In this document: positions 19,579 through 30,271 of the stretch, piece after piece
How the letters are laid out: every line of letters starts with the position of its first letter
How positions within the stretch are numbered: position 1 is the stretch's first letter
Assembly: GCA_934148985.1 (NCBI GenBank)
Contig: CAKPDO010000001.1
Span: 20,146 to 84,145, forward strand
Direction of reading: 5' to 3'
DNA length: 64,000 nucleotides
Source: an uncultured Clostridia bacterium
GTDB lineage: Bacteria; Bacillota; Clostridia; TANB77; CAG-508
Notes under the pieces: generated by a model
Told to the model about the DNA's origin: nothing
The model's input: only the letters and a program-made list of their open reading frames with translations
Database searches by the model: none
Translations under genes and position numbers: made by a program

Positions 19579-20181
19579 TTGAAAATACTATTTGCAACAA
19601 CGAATCCAGCAAAAGTAAAAAAATATGCTGAGAGATTAAAAGAAAAAAATATAGAAGTTTTAACTATTAAAGATTTAGGAATAAATTTAAAACCTGAAGA
19701 AACAGGAAAGGATGCTATAGAAAATGCATATATCAAGGCAAAAGCATATTATGACAAAACTAAAATCGTAACTATAGGCATGGATAATAATTTATACATA
19801 GATAAATTACCAGAAGAAAAGCAACCAGGAACTCATGTAAGAAGAGTAAATGGAAAAGAATTAAATGATGATGAAATGATTGAATATTATTGCAATTTAG
19901 TTAAAGAATATGGCGGAAAGCTAGATGCTAAATGGGTATATGGAATGGTAATATATGATGGAAAAGAACCAAAAGAATACAGTTGGAGTAAAAGTCATTT
20001 TTATTTTGTGGACAAACCTTGCAAAAAAAGAAACATAGGTTATCCATTGGATTCAATGTCAATTATGCCTGAATGTAATAAGTATTTTGTAGATTTGACG
20101 GAAGAAGATAGAAATAGAAGTAAACAGAATTATAATGAAGATGATGTTATTGATTTTATAGTGAACAATTGTGGAAATTGA
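19579..20181 (+). CDS. non-canonical purine NTP pyrophosphatase, RdgB/HAM1 family (TTG start)
   Basis: MKILFATTNPAKVKKY...EETGKDAIENAYIKAKA...PGTHVRR matches Ham1 motifs; RBS GAGGAGG. Confidence 0.6.
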   Translation: MKILFATTNPAKVKKYAERLKEKNIEVLTIKDLGINLKPEETGKDAIENAYIKAKAYYDKTKIVTIGMDNNLYIDKLPEEKQPGTHVRRVNGKELNDDEMIEYYCNLVKEYGGKLDAKWVYGMVIYDGKEPKEYSWSKSHFYFVDKPCKKRNIGYPLDSMSIMPECNKYFVDLTEEDRNRSKQNYNEDDVIDFIVNNCGN

Positions 20182-20204
20182 TATAAAAATAGAAAAGAAA
20201 ATTT

Positions 20205-20906
20205 TTGAAGGAGATGAAGATTTTGAAAGAATATAAATATATATTTTTTGATTTTGATGGCACAATAGTTAATACAATAAATGGGACAAGAGAGTCTGCT
20301 TTATATGCATTAAATTATTTTGGAATAAATGAAAATGATAATAAAGATCTAGGAAGGATTTTTTGTGGGCCTCCTTTAAAAGAATCATTTAGTAAATATA
20401 ATTTAACAGATAAACAAATTGAAAAAGCAATTATGCTCTATAGAGATTTTCAAGCGAATAATACAATAGAATGTAATGAAATTTATGATGGAATAAAAGA
20501 AATGTTACAAGAATTGAAAGAAAACGGAAAGAAGTGTTATATAGTAACTTCTAAACTAGAAGAAACAGCTAAAAAGATTTTGCGATTTTTTGGGATTTTT
20601 GATTATTTTGATTTAATTGTGGGGGCAACTAGTGATGGATGCAGAAATCAAAAAAACGAAGTGATAAAATATGCAATTGAAAATATTAAAAAATATAATT
20701 CGGAAAATGCTATAATGATAGGAGATAGACCATCAGATATAAAAGCTGGTATTTTAAATAATATGGATACAATAGGAGTATTATATGGAATGGATACAAA
20801 AGAAAATCTTAGTGATGCAGGTGCAACATATTTAATAAATACACCTAAAAAAATTATAGAAATAGTAGATAGAGCGCGAAAAGCAAATGTAGAAAATAAT
20901 TTATAG
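20205..20906 (+). CDS. HAD-superfamily hydrolase (phosphoglycolate phosphatase-like)
   Basis: FFDFDGTIVNT motif I; TSK motif II; GDRPSDI motif IV. Start is either TTG 20205 or ATG 20214. Confidence 0.75.
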   Translation: MKEMKILKEYKYIFFDFDGTIVNTINGTRESALYALNYFGINENDNKDLGRIFCGPPLKESFSKYNLTDKQIEKAIMLYRDFQANNTIECNEIYDGIKEMLQELKENGKKCYIVTSKLEETAKKILRFFGIFDYFDLIVGATSDGCRNQKNEVIKYAIENIKKYNSENAIMIGDRPSDIKAGILNNMDTIGVLYGMDTKENLSDAGATYLINTPKKIIEIVDRARKANVENNL

Positions 20907-20914
20907 AGGTAAAT

Positions 20915-21034
20915 ATGAGAATTTTTGAAGTAAAAGACAGAACAGAAACACTAATAGGCTTTAAAGTTTATAAAAGAGCAGAATTAGACGAGCAAGGAAA
21001 TCCTTATCCAATTTTATATATGAGATTAGAATGA
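20915..21034 (+). CDS. possible small ORF (39 aa, MRIFEVKDRTETLIGFKVYKRAELDEQGNPYPILYMRLE)
   Basis: RBS AGAGG 5 nt before ATG; followed by two hairpins (21068-21106 and 21113-21145). Confidence 0.25.
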   Translation: MRIFEVKDRTETLIGFKVYKRAELDEQGNPYPILYMRLE

Positions 21035-21291
21035 TGTTATAAAATTGTTTAGATAACGATAATAAACAACACATTCTGCTTTTGTCGGTTGGAATGTGTT
21101 GTTAAAAAGTAAAATAGGTGTTATAATGCACCTATTTTTGCGGTACATAGTAAGATTCATAAGAATAAATTAAAAATTTATAAAAACTAATGCAAAGTTA
21201 TGAAAAATATGATAAAATTAGTAGAAAATTTTAAAAGGGAAGTTGAAGCTAATAAATTATCATAGGATTTAATAATTGAGGAGGGATATAA

Positions 21292-21564
21292 ATGAATCAA
21301 TATACATATTTTGCACTTGGAATTTTATTAGGAATCGGTTTGGCAGTTTTTTATTTTATGAATAGAGAAGAAAAAATAGAAAAGCAGATTGAGATGGACC
21401 AAAAAATTTATTCGACAAAAAAGTTGGATATAACAATGGAAAATGTTGTAAAAAACATAAATGAAAAAATAAAAGAATTAAAAAGAGAACTTACAGAAGA
21501 TGAAAAAAATGAGATAATAGTTCAATGCTATAAGGAAAAATTTGATATTGGAAAAGTAATTTGA
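21292..21564 (+). CDS. hypothetical small membrane-anchored protein
   Basis: RBS GAGGAGGG; N-terminal TM helix. Confidence 0.4.
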   Translation: MNQYTYFALGILLGIGLAVFYFMNREEKIEKQIEMDQKIYSTKKLDITMENVVKNINEKIKELKRELTEDEKNEIIVQCYKEKFDIGKVI

Positions 21565-21599
21565 AAAGGGGACAGAAAAAATTTAAAGGAGTGAGAAGT

Positions 21600-21866
21600 A
21601 TGACAGAAAAACAACTAAAGAAATTTACTATTGAATTAATCGAAACTAAAGAAAAATTAAATGAAAATTATATAAGATATTCATATTATGAATTAAAAGT
21701 TAAAAATAATTTATCAGAAGAGGAAATTGATGAGGTATTAAAAATAAGCAGAAATTATTTTGAAAATAAAGGATACAATGTTTACTTTACAAATGCTGAA
21801 TTTGAATACAAAAATTCTAAAAGAAAAGTTGAAACTAATGAGTATATGGTAGCATTTAAAGAGTAA
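21600..21866 (+). CDS. hypothetical protein (88 aa)
   Basis: RBS AAAGGAGTGAG before ATG 21600. The ORF-track start at 21561 has no RBS. Confidence 0.4.
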   Translation: MTEKQLKKFTIELIETKEKLNENYIRYSYYELKVKNNLSEEEIDEVLKISRNYFENKGYNVYFTNAEFEYKNSKRKVETNEYMVAFKE

Positions 21867-21906
21867 TTTAAAATAATGCAGAAAATAAAAAAGAGGTGCA
21901 TATACA

Positions 21907-22942
21907 ATGGAAAATGAATTAACTTTAATTGATGAAAATATAAATCCAATATTTGAGGAAATAAAAGGGCTTGTAAACAATAGCAGAGATAGAGTTTATA
22001 GTGCTGTAAATACAGAAATGTTAAATTTATATTGGAATATTGGCAAAATCATAATGGAAATACAACAAGGAAATGAAAGAGCAAATTATGGAGATGCGGT
22101 TTTGGAAAAGCTATCGGAAAAATTAACGAATGAATTTGGAAAAGGGTTTTCTGTTGATAATCTTGAAAAAATGAGAAAATTTTATAATGTCTTTCAAAAT
22201 TCCGAAACACTGTCTCGGAAATCTAACATGGTCACATTATATAGAATTGATAAAGGTTGAAGACGAAAGTAAAAGAAAATTTTATATGAATGAAGCAATA
22301 AATTCAAAATGGAGTGTTAGAGAATTACAAAGACAAAAAAATTCACTATTATATGAAAGACTAGCTTTGTCGCAAAACAAAGAAAAGGTGCTAGAACTAG
22401 CAGAAAAAGGACAGATTATAAAAACGGGGAAAGACTTAATTAAAGACCCATTTGTTTTGGAATTTTTAGATATAAAGGAAAACACTGAATACTTGGAAAG
22501 TGATTTAGAAAAAAATATACTAGAACATTTAAAAGAATTTCTGTTGGAGTTAGGAAAAGGCTTTATGTTTGTAGGTAGTCAAGTAAGAATAACTTTAGAA
22601 GAAGACCATTTTTATCCGGATTTGGTATTTTACAACAGGTTAGCTAAATGTTTTGTGATAATAGATTTAAAGATAGGAAAAGTTACACATCAAGATATTG
22701 GCCAAATGCAAATGTATATAAATTATTATGACAGAGAAGAAAGAAAAGATGATGAAAATCCAAGTATTGGAATTTTATTATGCACAGATAAAAATGAAAC
22801 TGTTGTAAAATATACTTTGCCAAAAAACAATGAAAGCATTTTTGCATCAGAATATAAATTGCATTTGCCTACTGAAAATGAATTGATTGAAGCGGTTGAA
22901 GAAGAAAAGAAAAATTATGAATTAAATGAGAAAAATAGATAA
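21907..22942 (+). CDS. DUF1016/YhcG-family PDDEXK nuclease, interrupted by a +1 shift at in-frame CGG 22216-22218
   Basis: The two ORF-track pieces (21907-22260 and 22187-22942) join into one 344-aa DUF1016 protein (YWNIGKII...AVLEKLSEKLTNEFGKGFS...LTWSHYIELIKV...RKFY...WSVRELQRQ) when C22216 is skipped, giving ...ETLSGNLTWSHY. Confidence 0.7.
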
Positions 22943-23119
22943 AACTTGATAGCATATTTAATTGAATAACATTTAATAGTAAAAAGGAAAGTCGACATAT
23001 ATTTATAAAAAAATAAATATTTGACGAATTTCCTTTTTATTTTATGAAAAAAAGTGTAACCTTTTGCCAATTAGACTACACTATATAAGTGTAAGATGTC
23101 TTATAAAGGAGTTTTTAAA

Positions 23120-23656
23120 TTGAAAGATTTTAAGCAATTAGAAAAGTATTATAAAAATGATAAAATCGATATAAATCAAATAATAGAAGATTTTACGCCA
23201 TATATAACTACAATAATAAATAATGGAACAAATGAAAAGATATCATTTGAAGATAAAGAAGAAATTTTTTCGGATACATTTTTTCTACTATGGAAAAACA
23301 TAGATAGGCTGAATATAAATACATCTTTGAATTCATATTTAGCAGGAATAACCAGAAATTTAATAAAGGAAAAATACAGAAAATCGAAAATTATTTATGA
23401 TATTAATGACTTTGAAAATGATACATTAAATTGTGTAAATATGTATGAAAGTGATAGAGAATTGATTTTAGATATAGAACAAAAGATTAAAGGATTAAAA
23501 GATATTGATATTAAGATTATGAATTTATTTTATTATTCATCTATGTCGATTAAAGATATAGCAAAAAAATTAAATATTTCCGAATTGAATGTAAAGACGA
23601 GATTACATAGAATACGAAAGAAGATAAAAAGAGAATTAAATAATGGAGGAATTTAG
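23120..23656 (+). CDS. ECF-type RNA polymerase sigma factor (TTG start)
   Basis: Sigma-70 region 2 (FFLLWKNIDRL) and region 4 HTH (MSIKDIAKKLNISELNVKTRLHRIRKKI); RBS AAGGAG. Confidence 0.65.
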   Translation: MKDFKQLEKYYKNDKIDINQIIEDFTPYITTIINNGTNEKISFEDKEEIFSDTFFLLWKNIDRLNINTSLNSYLAGITRNLIKEKYRKSKIIYDINDFENDTLNCVNMYESDRELILDIEQKIKGLKDIDIKIMNLFYYSSMSIKDIAKKLNISELNVKTRLHRIRKKIKRELNNGGI

Positions 23657-23658
23657 AA

Positions 23659-24828
23659 ATGGAATTTGATAAAAATAAAATAAAAACAAAAATCTCAATA
23701 GCAAAAATTAAAGAGGAGAATGATATAATTATGGAAAAGAAAAAAACGAGAAATGTATTAAAAACAGTAGCAACTGTGTTAGGTGGGATAGTTTTTGGTA
23801 CAGGTGTTGTATTTGCAGGAACGAAGGTATATGAGAATGTGGAAAAAGTATGGAATACGCCAAAAACTTATGAATTTACAGAAAAATTAAGCGAAGAAGA
23901 TAAGAAAGATGCAATAAGTGAGGATGAAGCAAAAAAGAAAGCAATTGATTATCTTGGAAAAATAGGATTGACAAAAGAAATAAGTGCAATAGATTTAAGA
24001 AAAAATATTTTGAAAGATGAAGTTATATGGAATATTGGTTTTAAAGAAGGTTCAATTATAATGAATAGTAATGGAGATTTTAAAAGTTTAAGTATTCCGG
24101 CTTCTAATTATACTATACCAAAAAATTATGGAATAACAAGTGAACAAGCCAAAGTTGTTGCAAAAGAATTATTATCAAAATACAATCCTAATCATAATGA
24201 CAATGAATATGATTTAGTTTCTTTAAAAGGAAATGCCGAAAAGGATATAGATTCGTATATTTGGTATGCTAGTTTTTATAAAAAATATGGAGAATTATAT
24301 AATCAATATGAAAAAATTGAAATAGGTTGGATTCCAACTATAAATGGGCTATATTGCTTGAATATTGAGAACTACAAATATGAAAATAATGAGCAACAAA
24401 TATCAAAAGAAGAAGCTATTGGGATTGCTAGAGAAAAAGATGAAAAAATAGAAACAAGACATAAAATAGCTTCAGCAGAAGCTGAAATCGGTATTGATAA
24501 GATGAATACTGAGGTTATTTATCGTGAAAAAAATATAGAAGAATATGAAAATGGTACAATTAATTTTAATTATCAAGAAAATGGTGAAATTGCATTAAAG
24601 GATGACGCAGTATTTTATAAGGTTGACAATAGAGTAAGGAAAGTTTGGGAAGTTACAATTTATTATGATTATTATAAGTATAAAGAAAATGGTGCAGAAA
24701 GATATGTTTATTATGTTGATTGCACAACAGGTGAAATAATAGGCGGTAGTAGATGGAATGGAGCAAAGAGACAGATTGAAAGCTTAATGAATGATACGTA
24801 CAATTATTATTTTGAAAGAACTACTTGA
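23659..24828 (+). CDS. putative membrane-anchored anti-sigma factor (N-terminal cytoplasmic segment, one TM, large extracytoplasmic domain)
   Basis: Immediately downstream of, and overlapping, the ECF sigma stop; TM at aa 35-55. Confidence 0.45.
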   Translation: MEFDKNKIKTKISIAKIKEENDIIMEKKKTRNVLKTVATVLGGIVFGTGVVFAGTKVYENVEKVWNTPKTYEFTEKLSEEDKKDAISEDEAKKKAIDYLGKIGLTKEISAIDLRKNILKDEVIWNIGFKEGSIIMNSNGDFKSLSIPASNYTIPKNYGITSEQAKVVAKELLSKYNPNHNDNEYDLVSLKGNAEKDIDSYIWYASFYKKYGELYNQYEKIEIGWIPTINGLYCLNIENYKYENNEQQISKEEAIGIAREKDEKIETRHKIASAEAEIGIDKMNTEVIYREKNIEEYENGTINFNYQENGEIALKDDAVFYKVDNRVRKVWEVTIYYDYYKYKENGAERYVYYVDCTTGEIIGGSRWNGAKRQIESLMNDTYNYYFERTT

Positions 24829-24882
24829 ATATAGTAGTTCTTTTTAGTATAATTGTGAGGTATTGTGAATAGGAGCAAAAAA

Positions 24883-25098
24883 ATGATAAAAAGATATAAA
24901 AAAGATGAAATCGAAAAGCTAGCTAAAATATTAAAAAACGATGGTGTAATCAGTGTACCAACTGATAGTACAGATGAAATAAAAATATTAAGAGAAGGGC
25001 CAATATCGGTAGAGCAAATAATAGAGGTCATAAAGGAGGAAATATGTTTAAATTACACTCAGAATATAAGCCAACAGGCGACCAACCAAATGCAATAA
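24883..25098 (+). CDS. hypothetical small protein (71 aa) overlapping the uvrB start by 55 nt
   Basis: RBS ATAGGAG before ATG 24883; the ORF stays open until 25098. Confidence 0.3.
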   Translation: MIKRYKKDEIEKLAKILKNDGVISVPTDSTDEIKILREGPISVEQIIEVIKEEICLNYTQNISQQATNQMQ

Positions 25099-27001
25099 AA
25101 TACCTATCAAAAGGAATAGAAGATGGCAAGAAATACCAGACGCTTCTAGGAGTTACGGGTTCACGGAAAAACATTTACAATGGCAAATATAATAGCTGAA
25201 ACTCAAAGACCAACATTGGTTTTAGCACACAATAAGACATTAGCTCGGACAGCTATATTCCGAATTCAAAGAGTTTTTTCCTGAAAACAGAGTAGAATAT
25301 TTTGTGTCATATTATGACTACTATCAACCAGAAAGCTACATAGCGGCCTCAGATACATATATCGAAAAAGATGCATCAATAAATGACGAAATAGACAAAT
25401 TACGTCATTCGGCGACATTATCACTATTCGAAACAAGAGACGTAATAGTTGTAGCATCAGTATCATGCATATATGGTTTAGGAGATCCAGAAGACTACCA
25501 AGAAATGATGCTATCACTAAGACCAAATATGGAAAAATCAAGAGATGAAGTGATGAGAAAGCTAGTAACAATGCAATATTCAAGAAACGAAATAGATTTC
25601 AAAAGAGGAACATTTAGAGCAAAAGGAGATATCTTGGAAATTTATCCATCATCAACTAGTGAATCAGCATTAAGAGTAGAATTTTGGGGAGACGAAATAG
25701 AAAAAATATCGGAAATAAATCCATTAACAGGAAAAGCAATAGGAACTAGAGAACATGTATTAATTCCACCAGCATCACAATATGTAACAAGCAGAGAAAA
25801 GTTAGATAGGGCAATTGTAACAATAGAAGAAGAACTTGAAGAAAGAATAAAATACTTCAAATCTCAAAATAAATTAATAGAAGCACAACGTATAGAAGAA
25901 AGAACAAATTTCGATATAGAGATGATGAAGGAAACAGGATTTTGCCAAGGAATAGAAAACTATTCTAGACACATGAGCGGAAGAAAAGCTGGAAGCCCAC
26001 CATATACATTATTTGACTATTTTCCAAAAGACTATTTGCTATTAATAGACGAATCACATGCAACAATACCACAAGTTAGAGCAATGTATAACGGCGATAA
26101 ATCAAGAAAAGATTCACTTGTAAATTATGGATTTAGACTTCCATCAGCATATGATAATAGGCCATTAAAATTTGAAGAATTTGAAGAAAGAATAAATCAG
26201 GTTGTGTTTGTAAGTGCTACACCAGCAGATTATGAAAAAGAACATTCTAAAGAAAATGTTGTAGAGCAAATTATAAGGCCTACAGGACTTTTAGACCCTA
26301 AAATAGAAGTAAAACCTGTAACAAATCAAGTTGATGACTTAATAGAACAAATAAGAATTAGAGTAGAAAAAAAAGAAAGAATATTAGTTACAACATTAAC
26401 TAAAAAAATGGCAGAAGATTTAACAGAGTATTTGAAAAGCCTAGATATAAAAGTAAATTATATGCATTCAGAAACAAAAGCATTAGAGAGGATGGAAATA
26501 ATTAGAAATTTAAGGCTTGGAGAGTTTGACGTTTTAGTTGGAATAAACTTATTAAGAGAGGGCCTAGACATACCTGAAGTATCTTTAGTTGCAATATTAG
26601 ATGCAGATAAAGAAGGATTTTTACGTTCAGAACGTTCGTTAATTCAAACAATAGGACGTGCCGCAAGAAATACAGATGGAACTGTTATAATGTATGCAGA
26701 TGTTTTGACTGATTCTATGGAAAAAGCAATATCGGAAACTAACAGAAGACGTAAAATTCAAACAGAATATAATGAGGCTCATGGAATTACTCCTAAAACT
26801 ATTAATAAATCTGTTAGAGATGCAATTAGGGCTGTTCAAACAGAAGATATTGGTGTCGAATTTAAAGCTGAAAAAGGCGAAGATATTAAAGAAACTATTA
26901 ATAGGTTAACTGATGAAATGCTTGAATTTGCAAGCAAAATGGAGTTTGAAAAAGCAGCTGAGGCTAGGGATAAGATAAAAGAACTGGAGAAATTATTGTG
27001 A
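25044..27001 (+). CDS. uvrB: excinuclease ABC subunit B, interrupted by two +1 shifts at in-frame CGG 25164-25166 and 25246-25248
   Basis: RBS AGGAGG before ATG 25044. Skipping C25164 gives Walker [33 protein letters not shown]. Skipping C25246 gives [31 protein letters not shown], which joins the 565-aa ORF. Total is about 652 aa, with helicase motifs and a C-terminal UvrB/C interaction domain. Confidence 0.9.
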
Positions 27002-27004
27002 TTT

Positions 27005-27100
27005 TTTTGACAAATTCATTTGGGACCGGGTCTTTTTTGTTCTTGCTCATTTGGGACCGGGTCCTTTTTGAGCAAGAACAAAAAAGACCCGGTCCTAATT
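27005..27100. repeat. composite inverted/direct repeat element (two CATTTGGGACCGGGTC copies plus inverted GACCCGGTCC; 13-bp stem TTGTTCTTGCTCA/TGAGCAAGAACAA)
   Basis: Seen directly after the uvrB stop; same core family as 1146-1207. Confidence 0.7.
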
Positions 27101-27242
27101 GGACAAAAAATGTCAAAATTTGAGGATATGTGTAAAATATTGTAATAAAAAAGTAAGGATATGTGTAAAAAATGTATTGAAAAAATCGGGGATATGTGGT
27201 GAAAAGATGAATTTATAATAAAAATATAAATTCGTCTTTTTT

Positions 27243-27814
27243 CTAAATAAATTCCTCAATAACCTTCCAAACATCATCACAAAAAACTTTCTTCTCCGAG
27301 GAAAAAGGAAGGATAGTCGCATCCATCAAAGGATTAATTTCTTTCTGTAAACTAGTTACCGTATCCAAAACCTTAGTAGGAGCAATTTTATCAGCTTTAT
27401 TAGCAAGAATTATAAAAGGTTTTCCAGAGCGAATAACATAATCATACATTAATTTGTCATTGCTAGTTGGAGCGTGTCTGATATCAATTAGAAAAATAAT
27501 TAAAGAAATCTTATCTCTTTTAAAAAGATATTCTTCAATAAATTGGCCGACTTTAACCTGTTCAGCTTTAGACATTTTACTAAAACCATAACCAGGTAGG
27601 TCAACAAAATAAAATTTTTCATCAATATTATAAAAATTTATTTGTCTTGTTTTTCCTGGTTCAGAGCTTGTGCGAGCAAGTTTTTTTCTATTTATCATTG
27701 TATTTACAAAGCTTGATTTTCCAACATTAGATTTACCAACTAAAACAATTTCGGGTAAATCATTTTTAGGGTATTGTTTTGGGCTTACAGCCGAAATTTC
27801 GAATTGTGGATTTT
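27243..27814 (-). CDS. engB: ribosome biogenesis GTP-binding protein YsxC/EngB
   Basis: G1 GKSNVGKSS, G3 DLPGYG, G4 NKAD; start at MIVKNPQFEIS. Confidence 0.85.
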
Positions 27815-27890
27815 TTACTATCATAATTTTAAAACTCCTTTTTATATCAGAAACGGTTCTTTTGTTCAAAGAACCGTTTGAAAATTATAT

Positions 27891-28400
27891 TTAAACATAA
27901 TATTTTTTATCTAGTTTATTGGTATTTATTACATATTTTTTTTTATTTAATGGGTCAAAATCAATTTTAAATTCTGTAATTTTAAATTTTTCAATCAAAT
28001 AGCTAACATTAGATGGGTATTCATGACTTTTAAATGTCATAGGAGAACCATTTATTTGGTCCGAAGTACATATGACATAAAAATTTCGACCAGTTTGTTC
28101 AATTCTTAGGTATTTTCCTGTAATTGTTTTTGAATTTTTTTCTAATCTTTTATAAAGAGCCATTTGCATTAAGCAGCTGAAAATAGAATAACCACAAGCA
28201 AAAAATCCAGCAGAAAATAATATTAATAGCGCTAAAAAAAATAAAAAATCATTAGTCGATTGCCAAAAGTTGGTAAAAATATTGAGTATTCCTCCAGTAA
28301 TTTTGTTTAATACAAAAAGCATAAAACAAGCACATATTAATATAAAAATATAAACCTTTAATCTACTGCTTAAGCAGCTGTAATACATGTATTTTGAATT
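27891..28400 (-). CDS. hypothetical membrane protein (2-3 TM helices plus a C-terminal soluble domain)
   Basis: RBS AAGGAG 7 nt before ATG 28400; does not overlap serS. Confidence 0.45.
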   Translation of the reverse strand, partial: NSKYMYYSCLSSRLKVYIFILICACFMLFVLNKITGGILNIFTNFWQSTNDFLFFLALLILFSAGFFACGYSIFSCLMQMALYKRLEKNSKTITGKYLRIEQTGRNFYVICTSDQINGSPMTFKSHEYPSNVSYLIEKFKITEFKIDFDPLNKKKYVINTNKLDKKYYV

Positions 28401-28425
28401 TTTTTTCATATGTTTTTCTCCTTTT

Positions 28426-29712
28426 TTATTTTTTAGGACTAATCTTCTCAAGTCCACCCATGTAAGGTCTTAAAACTTCTGGGATAATAACACTACCATC
28501 AGGCTGATAATTATTTTCCATAACGGCAATTAGCATTCTAGGTGGGGCAACAACTGTGTTATTTAAAGTATGAGCATAATAATTTTCTTTTTCACCTTTA
28601 ATTCTAATTCCAAGTCTACGAGCTTGTGCATCTGTTAAGTTTGAACAGCTTCCAACTTCGAAATATTTCTTTTGACGAGGAGACCATGCTTCAACATCGC
28701 AAGATTTTGCTTTTAAATCAGCTAAATCACCACTGCAACATTCTAGAGTTCTAACAGGAATATTCATACTTCTAAATAATTCAACTGTATATGACCACAT
28801 TTTATCATACCAATTCCAGCTGTCTTCTGGTTCACAAACAACTATCATTTCTTGTTTTTCAAATTGATGGATTCTGTAAACACCACGTTCTTCTATACCA
28901 TGAGCACCTTTTTCTTTTCTAAAACATGGAGAATAAGATGTCATTGTGTAAGGCATTTTTGATTTATCTAATATTTGGTCTTTAAATTTACCAATCATTG
29001 AGTGTTCAGATGTTCCAATTAAATACAAATCTTCTCCTTCGATTTTGTACATCATTGCGTCCATTTCTTCAAAACTCATAACGCCTGTAACAACATTTGA
29101 ACGAATCATAAAAGGAGGTATACAATATGTAAATCCTTTATTTATCATAAAATCTCTAGCATAAGTAAGTACGGCCGAATGCAATCTTGCAACATCTCCC
29201 ATTAAATAATAAAAACCGTTTCCAGCAACACGACGTGCACTATCTAGGTCAAGACCACCTAAAGCTTCCATAATTTCTCCATGATATGGAATTTCGTAAT
29301 CTGGAACGACAGGTTCACCATATTTTTGAATTTCTACATTTTTGCTATCATCTTCTCCTATTGGAACTGATGGGTGCATTATGTTTGGAATTTTCATCAT
29401 TCTTGATTTTATTTCTTCAGATAATTCATTTTCTAGTGCTTCATTTTCTTCTAGTCTTGTATTTATTTCTTGAACTTTTTGTTTTATTTCTTCTGCTTTT
29501 TCTTTTTCACCATTTTTCATTAAATTACCTATTTGGTTACTTAAAGTTTTTCTTTCGCTACGCAAATTATCACCATTTAATTTTGCTTCACGACTTTTTT
29601 TGTCTAGGTCAATTACTTCATCTACTAATACTAATTTTTTATCTTGAAATTTTTTCTTGATATTTTCCTTTACAATATCAGGATGCTCTCTTAAAAATTT
29701 TATATCTATCAT
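28426..29712 (-). CDS. serS: serine--tRNA ligase
   Basis: N-terminal coiled coil; class II core (FRKEKGAHGIEERGVYRIHQFEKQEM ... ECCSGDLADLKAKSCDVEAWSP ... SCSNLTDAQARR). Confidence 0.9.
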   Translation of the reverse strand: MIDIKFLREHPDIVKENIKKKFQDKKLVLVDEVIDLDKKSREAKLNGDNLRSERKTLSNQIGNLMKNGEKEKAEEIKQKVQEINTRLEENEALENELSEEIKSRMMKIPNIMHPSVPIGEDDSKNVEIQKYGEPVVPDYEIPYHGEIMEALGGLDLDSARRVAGNGFYYLMGDVARLHSAVLTYARDFMINKGFTYCIPPFMIRSNVVTGVMSFEEMDAMMYKIEGEDLYLIGTSEHSMIGKFKDQILDKSKMPYTMTSYSPCFRKEKGAHGIEERGVYRIHQFEKQEMIVVCEPEDSWNWYDKMWSYTVELFRSMNIPVRTLECCSGDLADLKAKSCDVEAWSPRQKKYFEVGSCSNLTDAQARRLGIRIKGEKENYYAHTLNNTVVAPPRMLIAVMENNYQPDGSVIIPEVLRPYMGGLEKISPKK

Positions 29713-29842
29713 AAAATCATTCCTTTCTTAATTACGCGTATTATATAATATTTGTAGTGATATATCAAGCATTTAAAGAATAAAAAATATTTTTTTGACA
29801 TATATTATATAAAAATATGTTAAATTAAGGAGATTATGTTTC

Positions 29843-30121
29843 ATGGAAAAAGAATATATAAGAGAGACTAAGATACGTGAGTTGACAGAAGACGAAAGAA
29901 ATAGGGAACTTCTGATTAATATTATTGAAACAAGAGAAAAATTGAAAAAAGCTCATTGTAATTTTGATTTTGCAGAGGGAGATTTGGTTGATTATTATTC
30001 TTATGAAATTAAAGCAAATCAAGCAAAATTGGATTATTTGATTAAACTGGCTAAAGAAAAAGGGGTAGTCATGGATGCAGAGGCTAGAAATATGGTGGAA
30101 ATGGAAAGTGATGTGGGGTGA
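29843..30121 (+). CDS. DUF2508 (YaaL-like) family protein
   Basis: 92 aa; pattern NFDFAEGDLVDYYSYEIKANQAKLDYLIKLAKEKG. Confidence 0.5.
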   Translation: MEKEYIRETKIRELTEDERNRELLINIIETREKLKKAHCNFDFAEGDLVDYYSYEIKANQAKLDYLIKLAKEKGVVMDAEARNMVEMESDVG

Positions 30122-30271
30122 TTTTTAGTACTTTTCGGAAAATGGGAAAAAAATAACAAAAATCTTTCTAAAAATGTGTAAATAAAAAAGTGAGAAAGCA
30201 AGAAAAATTTTTCTTGCTTTTTTTCAAAAAATAAACTAAAATAAACATATCAAAAAAACGGAGGAAAGCAA

